Below the pieces are notes generated by a model that was not told the DNA's origin, made no database searches, and saw only the letters and a program-made list of their open reading frames with translations. Positions 59,091-64,000 of a stretch of 64,000 nucleotides of DNA are shown here, piece after piece. Numbering within the stretch: position 1 is the stretch's first letter; each line of letters starts with the position of its first letter. The stretch lies in assembly GCA_963700635.1 (NCBI GenBank), contig CAVOYH010000004.1:288001-352000 (forward strand). The letters run 5' to 3'. The translations under genes were made by a program, and so were the position numbers. Origin of the DNA: an uncultured Bacteroidota bacterium. GTDB taxonomy: Bacteria > Bacteroidota > Ignavibacteria > UBA10030 > UBA6906.

Positions 59091-61868
59091 TTAACCCTTG
59101 AGCATCTCGAGGTTCTTCTCCAGTTTCTCCATGGCATGGGCAAACGAGTCGAGCTTTTCACGTTCGCGCTCAACAACATCCTGAGGAGCTTTTGCCACAA
59201 AGCTCTCGTTGGCGAGCTTACGCTGGACACCCTGGAGCATGCCTGCAAGCCGGTCGATTTCTTTCTGGAGTCGTGCGCGTTCGACATCGAGGTCAATTAA
59301 ACCCTCGAGCGGTACGAAGAGCTCCTTGCCGTCGACCACTGCGCTTGCAGAAAGACGTGGACGCGCTGTTTCGTCAAGAAATCCCAGTGATGTCACACGT
59401 GCGAGACGCTGAAGATATCCCTCATAGCGGCGGATGCTCTCACGCGATTGCGGATCACCCAGCCGCATCAAGAGTCCGATGTCCTTCGACGGGGCGATCC
59501 CCATCTCGCTTCTGATGGTACGGACTGTCTCGATGACATTCTGAACAAAGACCATTTCCTTTTCCACATCCGTGTCGATATACGTCGTATCGGCAGGGAC
59601 GATTTCCGTGCGCATGATACTTTCGAGGGGCGCGCGTTCCCGGATATTCTGCCAGAGCTCTTCCGTGACAAACGGCATCAGGGGGTGCAACAGGCGCAGC
59701 GCAGCATCGTAGACGTCGATTGCCCGCGAGATCACTGCGATTTTTACCGGCTCGGGTTCGGTACCGTACAGACGGGACTTCACCATCTCCAGATACCAGT
59801 CGCAGTAGTCGTGCCAGAAGAAATCGTAGATTATCTTTGCAACTTTGTTGATGTCAAACTGCTCCAGGGCTGCAGCAATCCCTGCAGTCGTCGAATGGAG
59901 CCGGGAGAGTATCCATCGATCCGCAAGATCAAGATGGTCGAGGTTGAAGGATGCCCCGGTTGTTTGCGGAACGCCGCCGATCTGATCGCGGTTCATAAGC
60001 ACAAACCGGCCTGCATTCCAAATCTTGTTGGCGAAGTTCCTCCCGATCTCGTTCTTCTCCCTGGAGTAGAGAATATCCTGTCCGAGTGGCGCGAGATAAA
60101 TAACCGTGAATCGTACTGCATCCGCTCCATATTCGGCAATAAGATCGAGCGGTTCGGGGGAATTGCCCAGCGACTTGGACATCTTGCGGCCTTTGTCATC
60201 CCGGACCAGGCTCGTGAAGTAGACGTCCCGGAACGGTACATTAAGCGCCGGATCCGAACTTCCGGTGAACGAGGGGCCGAACTTCAGTCCGGCCATAATC
60301 ATCCGTGCCACCCAGAAAAAGATGATATCAGGCGCCGTGACAAGGGTATCCGTTGGATAGAAATACTGCAGGTCCTTTTCCGATCCGGGCTTTCCCTGCC
60401 CCGGCCAGTCATGGACCGAGAACGGCCACAGCCAGGAAGAAAACCACGTGTCGAGCACGTCTTCATCCTGCTTGAGGTTCGTGGTTCCACACCGGGGGCA
60501 CAGTTCCGGTGTCGAGCGGCTCACGATCGGCTCCGGGCATGCGGGCCTGCCGTCCTGTCCCTGGCAGTACCAGACCGGGATCCGGTGACCCCACCAGAGT
60601 TGGCGGGAGATACACCAGTCCCGGATATTTGACATCCAGTGCTGGTAGACCTTCGTCCATCGGTCAGGATAAAACCGGATCGTCCCGTTCTGCACAACCT
60701 CGAGGGCGGGTTTTGCAAGAGGCTCCATCCGGACGAACCATTGATCGGACAGATAGGGTTCGATCACGGTGTCGCACCGGTAACAACGCCCGACATTGTT
60801 GATGTGATCTTCAACTTTGGCCAGAAGGTCGTCCTTCTCAAGGTCCTCGAGCACGAGCCGGCGTGCTTCGTAACGATCCAGGCCGCGGTACTTCCTGGGG
60901 ACGGTGTCGATCGTTCTGGCAGAGATGTCAAAAATATTTATTTGCGGCAACGAGTGCCGCAGTCCGATCTGAAAGTCATTCGGGTCGTGAGCAGGAGTAA
61001 CTTTGACCATACCCGTGCCGAAGGCAGGATCCACAAAATCATCGGCAATGATAGGAATCTCCCGCTCTGTGAGCGGGAGGAGCGCCATTCTGCCAATCAG
61101 GTGTTTGTAACGCTCGTCCGAGGGATTCACCGCAATAGCGGTATCACCGAGCATCGTTTCGGGCCGGGTGGTCGCGACAGTCAGATACTTCTTTGTTGGC
61201 GTGCTCTTGCCTTTGGCCAGAATGGGATATTTGATGTAGTAGAGCTTTCCCTTTTGTTCGCTATGATTGACCTCATCGTCAGAAATGGCGGTATGATCTT
61301 TCGGGCACCAGTTGACGATGTATTTGCCGCGGTAGATCAAACCTTCTTCGAAGAGCCGGACGAACACTTCGCGCACGGCGGCTGAGAGGCTTTCGTCCAT
61401 CGTGAACCGTTCGCGGTCCCAGTCGCAGGAGGTGCCGAGTTTTCGCAACTGCTGAATAATCACCCCGCCATACTGCGCCCGCCATTCCCACACCCTCTCG
61501 ATGAACTTCTCACGTCCAAGATCGTGTCTCGTTTTTCCGTCTTTGATCAGCGATCGTTCAACGACATTCTGGGTTGCGATTCCGGCATGATCCGTGCCGG
61601 GGATCCAGCACGCCTCAAATCCTGTCATACGTTTGTACCGGATGAACGCATCCTGAAGCGTGTTGTTCAGGATATGTCCCATGTGCAGTACACCTGTCAC
61701 GTTTGGTGGCGGAATAACGATCGTGTACGGCTTCTTTTCGGGGTTAACGTGCGCACGAAAGAGGTGATGTTCTTCCCAGAACCGGTACCACTTTTCTTCG
61801 GTTTCCTGAGGGCTATACGTCTTCGGGATTGCTGATGCTGGGGGTTGATCCGACAAATATTGCTCCAA
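59091..61868 (-). CDS. valS: Valine--tRNA ligase
   Basis: PPPNVTGVLHMGH, GTDHAGIATQ, ATTRPET, DWCISRQLWWGH, DTWFSS and KMSKS, with a C-terminal coiled coil. Confidence 0.98.
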   Translation of the reverse strand: MEQYLSDQPPASAIPKTYSPQETEEKWYRFWEEHHLFRAHVNPEKKPYTIVIPPPNVTGVLHMGHILNNTLQDAFIRYKRMTGFEACWIPGTDHAGIATQNVVERSLIKDGKTRHDLGREKFIERVWEWRAQYGGVIIQQLRKLGTSCDWDRERFTMDESLSAAVREVFVRLFEEGLIYRGKYIVNWCPKDHTAISDDEVNHSEQKGKLYYIKYPILAKGKSTPTKKYLTVATTRPETMLGDTAIAVNPSDERYKHLIGRMALLPLTEREIPIIADDFVDPAFGTGMVKVTPAHDPNDFQIGLRHSLPQINIFDISARTIDTVPRKYRGLDRYEARRLVLEDLEKDDLLAKVEDHINNVGRCYRCDTVIEPYLSDQWFVRMEPLAKPALEVVQNGTIRFYPDRWTKVYQHWMSNIRDWCISRQLWWGHRIPVWYCQGQDGRPACPEPIVSRSTPELCPRCGTTNLKQDEDVLDTWFSSWLWPFSVHDWPGQGKPGSEKDLQYFYPTDTLVTAPDIIFFWVARMIMAGLKFGPSFTGSSDPALNVPFRDVYFTSLVRDDKGRKMSKSLGNSPEPLDLIAEYGADAVRFTVIYLAPLGQDILYSREKNEIGRNFANKIWNAGRFVLMNRDQIGGVPQTTGASFNLDHLDLADRWILSRLHSTTAGIAAALEQFDINKVAKIIYDFFWHDYCDWYLEMVKSRLYGTEPEPVKIAVISRAIDVYDAALRLLHPLMPFVTEELWQNIRERAPLESIMRTEIVPADTTYIDTDVEKEMVFVQNVIETVRTIRSEMGIAPSKDIGLLMRLGDPQSRESIRRYEGYLQRLARVTSLGFLDETARPRLSASAVVDGKELFVPLEGLIDLDVERARLQKEIDRLAGMLQGVQRKLANESFVAKAPQDVVEREREKLDSFAHAMEKLEKNLEMLKG

Positions 61869-61909
61869 CGGGTTGTTATCGTGCTGAATGACCGGCGGTG
61901 GACACCTTC

Positions 61910-63709
61910 TTAGCGAACGCGGAAAGCGCGTTCGTAAAGAACGCTATTACCCATCTTGTCGGCCAGACGAATGGAGAGCCGGTGGGAACCCCTGCTGAGG
62001 GGGGAGGTGGGTTGTGCGGTTGCTCTGTGGTGTTCGCCGTCAATTTCCGGTATGATCATCGTGGCGTCAATGTACAGTTTTACTTCTTTATATTCAACGC
62101 CGGACAAATTGTCCCGAAAACGGAACGAAATGAGGGGTTGGCGATCGGTCCCGCTTATGCGGACTCGGTAAATGGTCGGGGGAATGGAGTCCTGCATCAA
62201 TGCAATATCCCCAAGAAACCGCCTCAGCCGGGCCGGAACGTAGCCGGCTGAATCAGGGTTTGCACGGGATAGAAACGTCCAGGATGTCCCGCTCCGCGTA
62301 TAGATGCCCGCATGGTTCATCTTCGAGGGTTGCTTGACGAGGAAGTCCAAACCGCCGTCCAGTGGAGTGCCGGTTGGTTCGATCCCATAGCCGGTGGCTC
62401 CCGCCTCCTGGAGTGGCGTGGCGCTGAGATCGACGGTGGAAAAGAATGAGGAGCGGGGGTACCTGATGATCATAGCTCCGCGGTCAAGGATGATCTCTCC
62501 CGCACCTGATGGATCTATCCGGTGGGTCCGGGGGCCGGAATCGAACGGTGTCTGTGTCCGGGACATTCCTTTGGTGTGCGGTTCGTTTCGCCGGCACTGA
62601 AATGTGCCGGCAAGTTCTGACGTGTTGCCATTGTAATCTACACAGATGACCGTAAATGTGTGCCGTCCCTCGCTCAGCCCGGGAGCAAAAAGAATACCGT
62701 TGCCGGGAGCCGATCCCGAAAAGATCGGGAGCTGATGGTGGGTATCGACAAACAGTTTGTGAAACCGTCCGCGCTGCTTGATCTCCGGTTGCTGGAGATA
62801 AACCAGTCGAATTTGATGGCCGTCCCGGAGCGGGACGCGGTCATAACGGACACTAAACAGTTCAGTGCTATCCACGACAAGCTGGAGCGTATAATAACCA
62901 TGAAGGTAGTTCGAAAAATCAGATCTGTCACGCGCGTCAACGGCAATCCCGATGCGGCCGTCCAGGACGGGGGATTCATCCAGGACATATCGTGTCGCAG
63001 AAACCTGGCGGGCTTTGATCACCCGTGGTGCGGGGACATTGTTAACCTGTCCGGAAGAATCGATCGGGGTGAATACCAATGCCCGGAAAATGGGGGGTAG
63101 CCCGTCAACGATCGAAAAGGGATCGGCAAGCAGAGGGTTGATGGTGTTATTAAACTCGTCCCGGATTTCAAAATGTAGATGCGCAGAGCCCGACCCGGTG
63201 TCCCCGGCAAAAGCGACTATCTGGCCGGTTGTCACCGGCAAAGAGTCCGGTGGGAAGGTGATATCAACTGGATAGTATCCCTTGCGCAGCTGTTCTTTCT
63301 GCACGATGGCTTCAATCCAGGGGGGAAAACCCTGAAGGTGCGCGTATGAGGTTGTAAAACCGTCTGCGTGACGGATGTGGATGATTTTGCCGTATCCTGT
63401 CGGCGAAATGGTGATGCGTCTGATATATCCCTCGCGGGACGCCATAACGGGAAGCCCGATCGTGTCGCCGGTGCTGATGTCAATTCCTGCGTGAAAATGT
63501 GTGGACCGGTACTCACCAAAGGAGGATGTCATCGTGGTACTGGTTGTCATCGGCCAGATGTACGAAGACAGATCGGTCCGGATGGAGTCGTACGGGTTGA
63601 CGTCAGGCCTTCTTGCTTCCGGAGCGGAAACCGTTTTCCAGGACAGACTGCCGGGGAAGAGGAGCGTTGCGGCGATAAGGTAGAGTATCTTGATGGATGT
63701 CCTCAGCAC
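61910..63709 (-). CDS. M23 family peptidase with long C-terminal region
   Basis: Signal/TM segment, FGEYRSTHFHAGID (HxxxD), GYG, YAHL and GDTGSGSAHLHFEIR (HxH). Confidence 0.9.
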   Translation of the reverse strand: MLRTSIKILYLIAATLLFPGSLSWKTVSAPEARRPDVNPYDSIRTDLSSYIWPMTTSTTMTSSFGEYRSTHFHAGIDISTGDTIGLPVMASREGYIRRITISPTGYGKIIHIRHADGFTTSYAHLQGFPPWIEAIVQKEQLRKGYYPVDITFPPDSLPVTTGQIVAFAGDTGSGSAHLHFEIRDEFNNTINPLLADPFSIVDGLPPIFRALVFTPIDSSGQVNNVPAPRVIKARQVSATRYVLDESPVLDGRIGIAVDARDRSDFSNYLHGYYTLQLVVDSTELFSVRYDRVPLRDGHQIRLVYLQQPEIKQRGRFHKLFVDTHHQLPIFSGSAPGNGILFAPGLSEGRHTFTVICVDYNGNTSELAGTFQCRRNEPHTKGMSRTQTPFDSGPRTHRIDPSGAGEIILDRGAMIIRYPRSSFFSTVDLSATPLQEAGATGYGIEPTGTPLDGGLDFLVKQPSKMNHAGIYTRSGTSWTFLSRANPDSAGYVPARLRRFLGDIALMQDSIPPTIYRVRISGTDRQPLISFRFRDNLSGVEYKEVKLYIDATMIIPEIDGEHHRATAQPTSPLSRGSHRLSIRLADKMGNSVLYERAFRVR

Positions 63710-63730
63710 GAATGTCTCTCCATTGATCCG

Positions 63731-64000
63731 TCAGTCACGCTGTGCCACGCTGACTGTGAGAGATCCGACATCCTGCAATTCGGCCGTGAGGATGTCACCC
63801 GGCAGTGCGGGGCCGACGCCTTCAGGGGTCCCGGTAAAGACGAGGTCGCCGGGTTCAAGGGTAAACACAGAAGAAATGTAGGCAAGCATGGTTTCAACCC
63901 GAAAGATCATGTGTCGGGTGTTGGACTGCTGGCGCGTCATACCATTCACGCTGAGACGGATGTCAAGTGTATGCGGATCCTTGATCGTTTCAGCGGGCAC
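63731..64000 (-). CDS. Fumarylacetoacetate hydrolase family protein (3' part; runs off the window end)
   Basis: VNG..RQ.SNT..MIF, TLEPGDLVFTGTPEGVG and GD motifs. Confidence 0.92.
   Translation of the reverse strand: MPAETIKDPHTLDIRLSVNGMTRQQSNTRHMIFRVETMLAYISSVFTLEPGDLVFTGTPEGVGPALPGDILTAELQDVGSLTVSVAQRD

Noticed and set aside
59448-60632. 394-aa ORF antisense to valS, and other long antisense ORFs (e.g. 49829-50686, 57759-58499, 2806-3513)
   Set aside because: These are shadow ORFs opposite well-supported genes in a GC-rich genome, with no recognisable motifs.
1-64000. CRISPR array, tRNA, rRNA, IS or prophage
   Set aside because: No regularly spaced direct repeats, cloverleaf/T-loop signatures, rRNA-like tracts, or transposase, integrase or phage genes were seen by eye.

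Overview
64 kb of chromosomal DNA from a moderately GC-rich bacterium. Two proteins carry T9SS-type C-terminal sorting domains (QNYPNPFN), while promoters are canonical sigma70 type (TTGACA-17-TATATT) and Shine-Dalgarno sites are clear. Together these suggest an FCB-group lineage outside Bacteroidia, such as Ignavibacteria/Kryptonia-like (inference). The left part (1-22 kb) is accessory and metabolic: a K+ channel, a split lysine-ketoglutarate reductase/saccharopine dehydrogenase pair, a Ddl-like ATP-grasp ligase, a GH78 rhamnosidase, a mosaic of small secreted or outer-membrane genes and gene remnants, a sugar porter, ArsR-DUF2087, MntP and an unclassified (alpha/alpha)6 glycosidase-like protein. 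The middle (22-41 kb) holds Yip1, PduO, a membrane M28 peptidase, an ABC-2 exporter, an M16 peptidase pair, an M1 aminopeptidase, ferritin and an RND system. The right part (41-64 kb) is mostly core: cinA, pgpA, pgsA, rpmB, a two-permease RND system, tsaD, mltG, an Ig-like lipoprotein, two SPOR lipoproteins, deoC, a glcD-like oxidase, valS, an M23 peptidase and a FAH protein. No tRNA, rRNA, CRISPR array, integrase or transposase was seen. Three genes have 1-nt indels, mostly at homopolymers, which are probably consensus errors. The best novelty candidates are a ~200-nt highly structured intergenic RNA with three loop-exposed GGUGG motifs and its own terminator (53.6-53.8 kb), a DeoC with a microcompartment-type encapsulation peptide, an atypical heteromeric RND exporter, and an 805-aa orphan glycosidase-like protein. 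All assignments come from motif recognition by eye; no database searches were run.
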